Positions 35,544-44,045 of a DNA stretch of 64,000 nucleotides are shown in pieces. The notes beneath the pieces were generated by a model, which saw only the letters and a program-made list of their open reading frames with translations, was not told the origin of the DNA and made no database searches. The DNA comes from Nanobdellota archaeon. GTDB lineage: Archaea > Nanobdellota > Nanobdellia > Pacearchaeales > GW2011-AR1. A program made the position numbers and the translations under genes. The stretch covers positions 54,064-118,063 of the forward strand of contig JADFRY010000002.1 of NCBI GenBank assembly GCA_022561055.1, in the 5' to 3' direction. The first letter of the stretch is position 1, and each line of letters opens with the position of its first letter.

Positions 35544-35924
35544 ATGTATAGTTTACCACAAGAAATTGAGGTTTGGTATATAATTCCCGCTATAAGAAGA
35601 GAGTTTGCTAAACTTTTAACTGAAAAATATGGACTAAGTTATGATAAAGCAGGAAATATTTTAGGAATTAGCAAAGCTGCTATTTCTCAGTATAATAAAA
35701 ATAAAAGGGCTTCTAAAATTAAATTACATAATCGGGCTTTAAAAGAGATTGAAAAATCTGCAAAAATAATTAGTAAGGATAAAGAAAGAACTATTAAAGA
35801 AATAATGAGAATTTTGGCATTTATGAGAGATAAAAATCTTTCTTTTGAAATTTGCAAGGACAGATTTGATGAGGATGAAGATTGTAAAGAAGTCATGTTA
35901 ACTTATGAGAAGTATTGGAAATAG
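35544..35924 (+). CDS. putative HTH transcriptional regulator
   Basis: LSYDKAGNILGISKAAISQY is a classic helix-turn-helix segment. Confidence 0.5.
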   Translation: MYSLPQEIEVWYIIPAIRREFAKLLTEKYGLSYDKAGNILGISKAAISQYNKNKRASKIKLHNRALKEIEKSAKIISKDKERTIKEIMRILAFMRDKNLSFEICKDRFDEDEDCKEVMLTYEKYWK

Positions 35925-35965
35925 ATTTATCCTATAAATTATTAAATCTTTGAGTTCAGACTTGA

Positions 35966-36208
35966 TTATTGTTTGAAGACTCTATATAAACCATATACTG
36001 CAATTAATAACCAAAAAAGATTAATCGTAAATGATGGGTATGCCCTATTAAGCAATGCATTTGTTCCTACTAATAATGAACCTACAAGATTCATCCATTA
36101 ATAAAATTTTTATCTACCTGTTAGATCACGATGTGTAAGAAGGAAATATGCAAGAAGAATCAAGATTGCTCCAATCCATCCAAGGACTTCAATTAAGAGA
36201 ATAGCCAT
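35966..36208 (-). pseudogene. small two-TM membrane protein gene interrupted by two in-frame TAA codons (or two separate 32-aa and 42-aa peptides)
   Basis: MAILLIEVLGWIGAILILLAYFLLTHRDLTGR * KFY * W MNLVGSLLVGTNALLNRAYPSFTINLFWLLIAVYGLYRVFKQ. One frame throughout, stops at 36110..36112 and 36098..36100. TATA at 36229..36242. Confidence 0.4.
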
Positions 36209-36382
36209 ACGATTAAATAATTTTACACATTAATAAATATATCCCGCTGAATTTCATCTAATCGGTGTTAAACTCCTATAAGGGTCGACCAAAAGTAGAA
36301 GTTCGGGCTGTGATATTATTATTAATTTAAAAGTGACATCTAAAACGAAAGGTTTATAAACATTCTATTTATTCCTTTGTAT

Positions 36383-36733
36383 ATGGATCCACAAACTGTG
36401 AGCACACTTGAAGAAGTATTAAATTCCGTTGGAGGAATTGGAATTGCTAATATACTTGAAGCAGGAGTATATTCTTTTGGAGCAGTTGGAGTAGCTTACA
36501 CAATTGCTAAACATCGGTACCTTAAAAGAAAATCTGATAATGAAACGCATCCTGCAAGAATGCAAGCTGTCAGAGAATTAATGGAAACTGAGGGCTTTCA
36601 GGCTTATCTACAAACGAGAAGAGATTTAACTGAAAAAATTGCTAGTGGAGACTCCAATCATAATGCCGGTTACGTTGATTCAATAGTAAAAAATTCTTTG
36701 GGCAAGTTTCCCTCGTTAAGGATTGATTCTTAG
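36383..36733 (+). CDS. hypothetical protein
   Basis: ORF. tttataaa (36353..36360) lies about 26 nt upstream of ATG 36383, which favours that start over TTG 36377. Confidence 0.35.
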   Translation: MDPQTVSTLEEVLNSVGGIGIANILEAGVYSFGAVGVAYTIAKHRYLKRKSDNETHPARMQAVRELMETEGFQAYLQTRRDLTEKIASGDSNHNAGYVDSIVKNSLGKFPSLRIDS

Positions 36734-36788
36734 TGCAGTGTTCATCTTGCAAGTCTGAATATGATAAATATTAAAAGCACACTTTTTC

Positions 36789-37628
36789 CTATTTGTTTGC
36801 TGTAAAGATATTATAACGAATTAATCCTTTTTCAGCCATTTTATAAAATTCAACAGCTGCTGAAGCATTAGGGAATTTTTCTTGTAAACCAAATGGTTTT
36901 ACAAATAAATAATAGGGTACAATTGCAAACTTTCTCAATCTTGCAAGTGAGGGTTTTGTGTTTTGGCTTATATCTTCTACCTTTACACTTGTAAAACCTG
37001 CCTTGAGGAGAATATTTTGAAATTTATCATGTCTAAAATCTTTTAATCTATCCGTTGCTGTCCCTCTTGTAATTTTATTTAAAATTTTCATTTCATATTT
37101 TGAAAAATCTTTATCCTCGGCGAGCGTATATTCAAAAAAAGCAACTCTTCCTCCTTTTTTCAAAACCCTAAAAAATTCCTTGAGAGTTTTTTGAACATCT
37201 ATGGAATGTGATAAAGTTTCAGTTGTATAAATACAATCAAAATAACTATTGTTAAACTTCATTTTGTTATAATTCATCAAAGAATAATTTACCTTATCAC
37301 TTACATTTAATTTCTTAGCTAGAAGATTTGCCTTATTAATTTCAAAAGGAACAATAGTTATGCCCTCAATTTTACAACCATTCCTTTTTGCTAAAAATAC
37401 CGAAACAACTCCTTGGCCACAACCCGCATCAAGAACAACATCTTTTGAAACCAATCTTAGTTTTTTGGCAACTAATTCCTGCATTAAAACCTGTGCTTCT
37501 TTTTCGGTGATATTCTTACCTTCTGGATAAAATCCAAAATGTTTAGCGCCCCATAAAGCTATATCATAACCTAATTTTGATTTCTCATAATACTTATTCA
37601 ATCTTTCAAAATGTTCTTTTTCATCCAT
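36789..37628 (-). CDS. class I SAM-dependent methyltransferase
   Basis: VLDAGCGQGVVSVFLA is SAM-binding motif I. Confidence 0.8.
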   Translation of the reverse strand: MDEKEHFERLNKYYEKSKLGYDIALWGAKHFGFYPEGKNITEKEAQVLMQELVAKKLRLVSKDVVLDAGCGQGVVSVFLAKRNGCKIEGITIVPFEINKANLLAKKLNVSDKVNYSLMNYNKMKFNNSYFDCIYTTETLSHSIDVQKTLKEFFRVLKKGGRVAFFEYTLAEDKDFSKYEMKILNKITRGTATDRLKDFRHDKFQNILLKAGFTSVKVEDISQNTKPSLARLRKFAIVPYYLFVKPFGLQEKFPNASAAVEFYKMAEKGLIRYNIFTANK

Positions 37629-37705
37629 ATATGTTTTTGTTTTTTAAACTTTAAAAGTTATTCTGATATGGCAAATCTTAAAAGCACGTTTTTTCTTAGT
37701 TACCT

Positions 37706-38830
37706 ATGGCAAGGAAACAAATTTACCTTGATTATGCTGCTACGACTCCTGTGGATAAGGAAGTTGTAAAGGAAATGCAGAAATATTTTTTAGAAGAATA
37801 TGGTAATCCTAGTTCTTTACATGAATTAGGAGAAAAAGCTTTTGATGAGATCAACAAAGCAAGAGAGAAACTGGCTAAAGAGATTGATGCGAGAAGCTGG
37901 GAAATCATTTTTACTTCTGGTGGAACAGAATCTGATAATTTAGCCATACAGGGTCTTGCAAGAGCTTACACAAAGAAAAAGATAATTATTTCTGCTATAG
38001 AACATCCTGCTATTATGGATGTGTGTAATCATATGGAAGGACAGGGATATGAAATTAAAAAAATTAAAGTTGATAAGAGTGGTTTATTAGATATGGCAAA
38101 ATTGGAAAACGAGATTGATGATAATACTTTATTAGTTTCTATTATACATGTTAATAATATTATAGGAACTATTCAGGATTTAGGTAAAATAGGGGAATTA
38201 TGCAGGAAGAAAGATGTGCTATTTCATACCGACGCTGTTCAAAGTTTTGGAAAGTTGAAAATTGATGTTGAAAAAATGAATATTGATTTGTTATCTGCCT
38301 CTGGCCACAAACTTGGCGGACCAAAAGGAATCGGATTTTTATATGTTCGCGAGGGAGTTAAAATTAGTCCTTTAATATACGGGGGTGGTCAAGAAAAAGG
38401 TTTGAGAAGCGGGACAGAAAATGTTCCTGGTATTGTTGGTTTTGCAAAAGCATTGGAGTTGAGTAAGAAAATAAATAAGGAAAAAGTAAGAAAGTTGAGG
38501 GACAGATTGATAGAAGGATTGGGGGATATTGATGGAAGAATAAATGGCTCGTCGGAAAAAAGAATTTATAATAATGTCCATGTTTCTTTTCAAGGCATAG
38601 AATCGGAAAGTTTAGTTTATTATTTGTCAAAAAAAGGAATTTATGTTTCTGCCGGCAGTGCATGTGACAGCAAAAAAGAAAAAGAAGAGCATGTATTGAA
38701 AGCGATTGGTTTAAAAGAAAAGGATATTGGTGGCTCATTAAGGATAAGTTTGAGCCAGGAACTAACGAGTAAAGATATTGATTTTGTTGTTAAAGAGATT
38801 AAGAAATCTGTGGAGAAGTTGAGAGTTTAG
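37706..38830 (+). CDS. cysteine desulfurase (class V aminotransferase, NifS/IscS-like)
   Basis: SASGHKLGGPKGIGFLY (PLP-Lys) and SAGSACDS (catalytic Cys loop). Confidence 0.85.
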   Translation: MARKQIYLDYAATTPVDKEVVKEMQKYFLEEYGNPSSLHELGEKAFDEINKAREKLAKEIDARSWEIIFTSGGTESDNLAIQGLARAYTKKKIIISAIEHPAIMDVCNHMEGQGYEIKKIKVDKSGLLDMAKLENEIDDNTLLVSIIHVNNIIGTIQDLGKIGELCRKKDVLFHTDAVQSFGKLKIDVEKMNIDLLSASGHKLGGPKGIGFLYVREGVKISPLIYGGGQEKGLRSGTENVPGIVGFAKALELSKKINKEKVRKLRDRLIEGLGDIDGRINGSSEKRIYNNVHVSFQGIESESLVYYLSKKGIYVSAGSACDSKKEKEEHVLKAIGLKEKDIGGSLRISLSQELTSKDIDFVVKEIKKSVEKLRV

Positions 38831-38888
38831 AAAGTAGTGAAAAATTTTAGAAACATTTTTTAATATTAGATATGTAATTAATTTAAAA

Positions 38889-39800
38889 ATGAGAGCTTTA
38901 GTAACAGGAGCAACAGGATTTATTGGCTCTAATTTGGCAAAAGAGTTAGACAAAAAAGGATGGGAAGTTATTGCGCTAGGAAAAGATAACGAACAGCCAT
39001 TGAATAATTTTTCTGGAAAACTGATTAAAAAACCATTTCATGAAATTGATTGGAATGAAATTGGAAACATTGATATTTTATTTCATCAAGCTGCAATTGT
39101 TAATACTGTTTTTAATGATGAAAAAGAAATGTTTTTTGTTAATGTTGAAACTGCTATAAAGTTATTTAAAAGGGCAATTATTCACGATTGTAATAAGATA
39201 ATTTATGCATCCTCAACTGCTGTTTATGGTAATACTCCCTCTCCTTTTGTTGAAGGAAAGAGTGAAGAGCCGCTAAATATTTATGGTAAATCAAAATTAC
39301 TTTTAGATAGGATGGCAATGAAACTTGCTGAAAAAAATCCAGATATAAAAATTGTTGGTTTACGTTATTGCAATGTTTTTGGTCCTGGCGAGAATCACAA
39401 AGGAAAAATGGCAAACATGGTATATCAGCTTGCGCAGCAAATCTTATATGATAAACCCGAAGTCTTTAAGTATGGTGAGCAAAAAAGAGATGAAATTTAT
39501 GTTAAAGATGTTGTAAAAGCAAACTTATGTGCATTGAATGCGAAAGAAAGTTGTGTTGTTAATTGCGGTACAGGAAAACCAGTAAGTTTTAATGAAATAA
39601 TTGCGATATTGAATGAAATATTAGGAAAAAATAAAGAAACAATTTATATTGATAACCCCTATCCTTTCTTTCAAACTCATACTGAATGTGATATGAAAAA
39701 AGCAAAAGAAACTATTGGATTTGTGCCAGAGTATAGTTTTGAAGAAGGGGTTAAAGATTATTATAAAACTGGATGGTTGACGAAACCTCCTATTAAGTAG
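38889..39800 (+). CDS. NAD-dependent sugar-nucleotide epimerase/dehydratase (SDR, RfaD/GalE-like)
   Basis: LVTGATGFIGSNL Rossmann motif and YGKSK (YxxxK) catalytic motif. Confidence 0.8.
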   Translation: MRALVTGATGFIGSNLAKELDKKGWEVIALGKDNEQPLNNFSGKLIKKPFHEIDWNEIGNIDILFHQAAIVNTVFNDEKEMFFVNVETAIKLFKRAIIHDCNKIIYASSTAVYGNTPSPFVEGKSEEPLNIYGKSKLLLDRMAMKLAEKNPDIKIVGLRYCNVFGPGENHKGKMANMVYQLAQQILYDKPEVFKYGEQKRDEIYVKDVVKANLCALNAKESCVVNCGTGKPVSFNEIIAILNEILGKNKETIYIDNPYPFFQTHTECDMKKAKETIGFVPEYSFEEGVKDYYKTGWLTKPPIK

Positions 39801-39993
39801 TCTCCACAAGACTAAGTTCCAGGACGAAATAATTAAGGAACCAATATAATCCTCACTATAAAAGTTCGTTCGCTTTATTTGATAATTTTCACCAAAATAT
39901 AGGGATTTTGAGTAAATATTATATGGAATTTTCCAGTTGTTTAGATACTGCTAAGTAAGATATATTTAAAAATCACCTACTTCTAAACAGTTT

Positions 39994-40098
39994 ATGAAAA
40001 GACACGTTAGAAAATCACGTAGAAAGAGAAAGATGCTTAAGTTATTGCATAAAGGAAGGAAGAAAGTCAAAAGAATAACATCCAAAACACTTTTATAA
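39994..40098 (+). CDS. 34-aa highly basic peptide, possibly ribosomal protein eL41-like (not in ORF track)
   Basis: MKRHVRKSRRKRKMLKLLHKGRKKVKRITSKTLL. The extreme K/R content is typical of L41e-type peptides. Confidence 0.35.
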   Translation: MKRHVRKSRRKRKMLKLLHKGRKKVKRITSKTLL

Positions 40099-40119
40099 GC
40101 TATTTATTTCTCAACTTCT

Positions 40120-40881
40120 ATGGAGAAAGAAATATACTCTCATTCTAAGCTTTGGCTTTTTGAAAACTGTCCTGAGGCTTATAAAATAAAATACATTGAC
40201 AAAAAATTTCCTGAGTTACCGAAGAGTATTGAAGCTTTTTTAGGAGGAATGGTTCATAAAAGTTTGGAATGGCTATATAGAGAGGTAAAAGAAGAGAAAG
40301 AGGTTAACATGGATGATTTAATGAAAAATTTTGCAAATAATTGGATAAGTAATTTCTCTCATGATTTAAGAATTAATTGGGGCAAGTCAGAAGATTATTT
40401 TAATAAGGGAATAAAATTTTTAATTGATTATTATCAGAAGAACAAACCCTTTAATGATAATACAATTGAGATTGAAAAGAAAATTCTTTTTAATTTAGAT
40501 GAAGGTGCTGAATATAAAATTCGAGGATATATTGATAGAATTGTTTTAAATGAAAATGGCGAATATGAGGTGCATGATTATAAAACAAATGATTTTATGA
40601 AAACTCAGGAAGAGGTGGATGCAGATAGACAGCTTGCATTTTATCATTTGGGAATTAATGAACTCTTTGGGCAGCAGGCTAAAATAAAATTAATTTGGCA
40701 TTTTCTCGCCCACAATAAGACAATAGTTTCGAGGAGAAGTCAAGAACAATTAGAGCAGTTAAAAAAAGAAACTTTGGAGCTGATTAAAAAAATTGAAAAT
40801 ACAATAGAGTGGCCGGCGTGTGGAAAAAGATATTGCGATTGGTGCACGTATAAGAGAACTAATAGGATTGAGAATTATTAA
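40120..40881 (+). CDS. PD-(D/E)XK nuclease with Cas4/AddB-like cysteine cluster
   Basis: GYIDRIVLNENGEYEVHDYKT (D...(E/H)xK core), plus one N-terminal Cys (FENCPEAY) and C-terminal CGKRYCDWC. Confidence 0.7.
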   Translation: MEKEIYSHSKLWLFENCPEAYKIKYIDKKFPELPKSIEAFLGGMVHKSLEWLYREVKEEKEVNMDDLMKNFANNWISNFSHDLRINWGKSEDYFNKGIKFLIDYYQKNKPFNDNTIEIEKKILFNLDEGAEYKIRGYIDRIVLNENGEYEVHDYKTNDFMKTQEEVDADRQLAFYHLGINELFGQQAKIKLIWHFLAHNKTIVSRRSQEQLEQLKKETLELIKKIENTIEWPACGKRYCDWCTYKRTNRIENY

Positions 40882-40941
40882 TTGTTAATAAGTATTTTAG
40901 AGGATAATTATATTTAAATCCTGTTAATTGCACAAAACCTT

Positions 40942-42780
40942 ATGAGTCCTGACAGTAATAGAGGATATTGTTTAGTTTCTCAACAAATAAGAGATAAGAT
41001 TGAAAGGGGAGAGATAGTTATAAGAGGAGATTTCTCTAAAGACGAGAGGGGGTGGTTTAAAGATGATGATTTAGAGGGTAGAGTTCAACCCTCATCTTTT
41101 GAACCAATTATTGGAGATGAAGGATTTATTCTTGATACCGAGAGACTTGGAGGTTTCAGACCTCAAAGCAATCAAACTGTTTATAGGGCTTTATTGGAGT
41201 TACCTAGAAGACAGAGACTAAGAGTTAACATGTCTGGGGGGTTTATAGCACAGACTGGTTTTACTTATCTTTTTCCACTTGAAGAAAGAGTTACTCTTAA
41301 AAAAGGAGATAGAATGAAATCTTCTCCAAAAAGTAGCACTGGTAGACTATTCCCAAAAACTAGATTGATAGCAGACTATACTCCTAATTTTGACAGTGTT
41401 AATCATGTTGAAGGTGTTAATGATCCATTACAACTATGGCTTCTATTTCAGCCGACTTCATTTAACATTATTCTATATCCAGGAGATATATTAAACCAAT
41501 TAAGATTTTTTCAAGGTACGAATGCTTCATTAAGCCAGGAGGAAATTATTGAAGAATTTACGAAAAATCCTTTGCTTTATAAAAAAGTAGGAGATGACGA
41601 ACTTGTTCCTACCAAACCTGTAATTACTGATGATGGTTTACAAATAAATCTTGATTTAACTGGACAAAATACATATGGAATTGTAGGTTTACGGGCAAGA
41701 GACAATCCTAAACCTATAGAAATTGGTAAAGAACATGAGTTAGATCCTGAGGAATTTTTTGAACCTGTTACTGTAAAAAGAGGAAAAGTAAGATTTTATG
41801 AGGGAGAAAGATATTTGCTTGCTACTGCTGGTGTAATGAATATTCCCCCTCATCTTTGTGGTGAACTTAGAAGACATTTTGGTCTTGGGCTCAGAGCTGT
41901 TTGGGATGAGGCAGGTTACTTTGATAATGGGTTTAAGGGAAATGGAGTTCTTGAAGCGACTCCTCAAGAAGAAAAAGATATTGAGCTAGATCAAGGTGAT
42001 ACAATTCCATGCAGCGCACTAGAGCTTTTTCGAACTAGTGAAACTCCAGATAAACTTTATGGAACTAAAGAAGCTAAATCTCATTATTACGAACAGCTCG
42101 GACCTAAAGTATCAAAACACTTCAAACCGTTTGATTTTGCTCGTGCAGCAAAAGATTATCAAAAGCTTAATAGAGATGTGTTAGTACATGATGCTAGAGT
42201 ATTAATGAGTTTTAGAGAAGCCCGAGATGGATTTGAACCAATAAGGCCAGAAGTTGCTGAAAGAATTGTTAGAGAAATTGAAAGGAATGGTTTTTTCCAT
42301 TCAAGGTATGACTGTGAAGATGATGAAGAAGTTTTACAACCAATTCCTTATGTTTTGCTTTTTGGCTCCAATGGAACTGTTTTTACTTATGTAAGAGCAA
42401 CTAATATAAGAGATTATGGTGATGAAAGATTATTTGGAAAGTATTCAATTGGATTAGGAGGACATATTATTAGAGCAGACAGACCAAATTTTGTTATAAA
42501 CTGTTTAGAAAGAGAAGTAATAAGGGAAGAAGTTAAAATAGAAGGAGATCATTCTAAACCAAAACTTGTAGGAACTTTAATGGCTTATGATAAACCAGTA
42601 GACAGAGTTCATTTTGGTTTAATTTATACAATACATACTAATGGAAATATAATATCAAATGAGTCATCAATTACTTCTTTTGGAATGATGTCTTTTGATA
42701 AATTAGCTGAGAAGATTGATCCTTTTGAAACATGGAGTAGAGTTTTAGTTCCTCTTCTTCCTGAACTTTACAAGAGATAA
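40942..42780 (+). CDS. fusion protein: DCD-family dCTP deaminase-like N-domain plus YmaB-like Nudix-fold C-domain
   Basis: N-half: VQPSSFEPIIG, SSPKSSTGRLF, LNQLRFFQG (pattern of the roughly 360-aa 2'-deoxycytidine 5'-triphosphate deaminase family). C-half: LQPIPYVLLF...YVRA...GDERLFGKYSIGLGGHI...LEREVIREEV parallels B. subtilis YmaB. Confidence 0.6.
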   Translation: MSPDSNRGYCLVSQQIRDKIERGEIVIRGDFSKDERGWFKDDDLEGRVQPSSFEPIIGDEGFILDTERLGGFRPQSNQTVYRALLELPRRQRLRVNMSGGFIAQTGFTYLFPLEERVTLKKGDRMKSSPKSSTGRLFPKTRLIADYTPNFDSVNHVEGVNDPLQLWLLFQPTSFNIILYPGDILNQLRFFQGTNASLSQEEIIEEFTKNPLLYKKVGDDELVPTKPVITDDGLQINLDLTGQNTYGIVGLRARDNPKPIEIGKEHELDPEEFFEPVTVKRGKVRFYEGERYLLATAGVMNIPPHLCGELRRHFGLGLRAVWDEAGYFDNGFKGNGVLEATPQEEKDIELDQGDTIPCSALELFRTSETPDKLYGTKEAKSHYYEQLGPKVSKHFKPFDFARAAKDYQKLNRDVLVHDARVLMSFREARDGFEPIRPEVAERIVREIERNGFFHSRYDCEDDEEVLQPIPYVLLFGSNGTVFTYVRATNIRDYGDERLFGKYSIGLGGHIIRADRPNFVINCLEREVIREEVKIEGDHSKPKLVGTLMAYDKPVDRVHFGLIYTIHTNGNIISNESSITSFGMMSFDKLAEKIDPFETWSRVLVPLLPELYKR

Positions 42781-42830
42781 GTATTTTCTATTATAATAAT
42801 TTATTTAAAGAACTAACATTAAAATTGAAG

Positions 42831-43874
42831 ATGATAAAAATTGGGGTTACTGGAAAGTTATGTGCTGGAAAAGATACACTAGCTGAATATTTAAAAGAGA
42901 AAGGATTTGAACATATTTCTTTGTCAGATATGATTAGAGAGGAATGTAGAAAAAGAGGGTTAGAAGTGACCTTACAGAATTTAATAAGATTGGGCAATGA
43001 ACTGAGAAAAAAAGAAGGTAGCGATATCTTGGCTAAAATGGCTGTTGAAAAAATGAAGGAAGGAAATAATTATGTGGTGACTAGCATTAGAAATCCCTTG
43101 GAAGTTAAATATCTATCTAATTCTAAGAATTTTGTTCTGATTAATATTGAATCTCCTTTAGAAAAAAGATTTGAAAGAATGATTAAAAGAGGGAAGAAGG
43201 AAAGTGAGCCCAAGAGTCTTGAAGAATTTAAAAGAATTGAAGAGAGCCAATTAAGTTCTACTAATGAGAGTGACCAACAAATTAAAAATTGCATCGATAT
43301 GGCTAGACTGACGATTGTTAATGACGCTGATATAACTCTTTTTTTACAGAAGGTGGAAGAAAATTTTCTAAGAATTAAAGAAATGGCTTCTTTTGTTAGA
43401 CCTGGGTGGGATGAATATTTTGTAGGACTTATGAAGTCTGTTGGAAAAAGGGGAACGTGCGATAGAGGAAGAAGCGGATGTGTTATTGTTAAAGATAAGA
43501 GAATAATGGCTACCGGTTACGTCGGATCCCCGCCTGGACTCGCGCACTGTGATGATGTGGGACATTGGTTCAAGAAAGTGATTCATGAGGATGGGAGTAT
43601 CACTCAACATTGTATAAGAACCGTCCACTCAGAGGCAAATGCTATCGCGCAAGCAGCAAAAAACGGTATAAATATTGAAGGCTCAACTCTTTATTGTAAA
43701 CTAGAACCTTGCCTGGATTGCACAAAATTATTGATTAGCGCTGGAATAAAAAGAATCATCGCCGAAAAGAAATATCATGCATCGAAAGAATCTAGAGAGA
43801 TGTTAGAAGAAGCAGGGGTGGCATTAGAAGTTTTGGATGATGAGTTTGAGGGGTACGAAAGTGACGACAGCTAG
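42831..43874 (+). CDS. fusion protein: P-loop nucleotide-kinase-like N-domain plus dCMP/CMP-type zinc deaminase C-domain
   Basis: GVTGKLCAGKDT (Walker A), then HSEANAI and EPCLDCTKLL (HxE / PCxxC deaminase zinc motifs). TATA lies 25.5 nt upstream of ATG 42831. Confidence 0.75.
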   Translation: MIKIGVTGKLCAGKDTLAEYLKEKGFEHISLSDMIREECRKRGLEVTLQNLIRLGNELRKKEGSDILAKMAVEKMKEGNNYVVTSIRNPLEVKYLSNSKNFVLINIESPLEKRFERMIKRGKKESEPKSLEEFKRIEESQLSSTNESDQQIKNCIDMARLTIVNDADITLFLQKVEENFLRIKEMASFVRPGWDEYFVGLMKSVGKRGTCDRGRSGCVIVKDKRIMATGYVGSPPGLAHCDDVGHWFKKVIHEDGSITQHCIRTVHSEANAIAQAAKNGINIEGSTLYCKLEPCLDCTKLLISAGIKRIIAEKKYHASKESREMLEEAGVALEVLDDEFEGYESDDS

Positions 43875-43964
43875 CATAACCGAACTTTTATTTATAAATG
43901 GTTCGGATTTGTGTTGTGCGGAATATAAAACTTTAAATACCAATAAATTTTGTATAGCTTGTTA

Positions 43965-43980
43965 ACACAAGCTATTGTAT
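43965..43980 (+). promoter_or_regulatory. NrdR box 1 (ACACAAGCTATTGTAT)
   Basis: 13 of 16 matches to the 16-bp NrdR-box palindrome (approx acaCwAtATaTwGtgt). It sits upstream of nrdR. Confidence 0.5.
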
Positions 43981-43995
43981 TGTCGTCACAAAAAA

Positions 43996-44011
43996 ACACA
44001 ATATATTGTAG
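43996..44011 (+). promoter_or_regulatory. NrdR box 2 (ACACAATATATTGTAG)
   Basis: 14 of 16 matches to the NrdR-box consensus. Centre-to-centre spacing to box 1 is 31 bp, as in bacterial tandem boxes. It overlaps an AT-rich TATA-like core. Confidence 0.55.
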
Positions 44012-44045
44012 TGCTGTCGTAATTCAAAAGTTAAAAAGAGGTTAT

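Noticed and set aside
43950-44045. 32-codon N-terminal extension of NrdR starting at a non-ATG codon
   Set aside because: NrdR proteins start at the zinc ribbon (MLCPFC...). The extension covers the two NrdR boxes and the promoter region.
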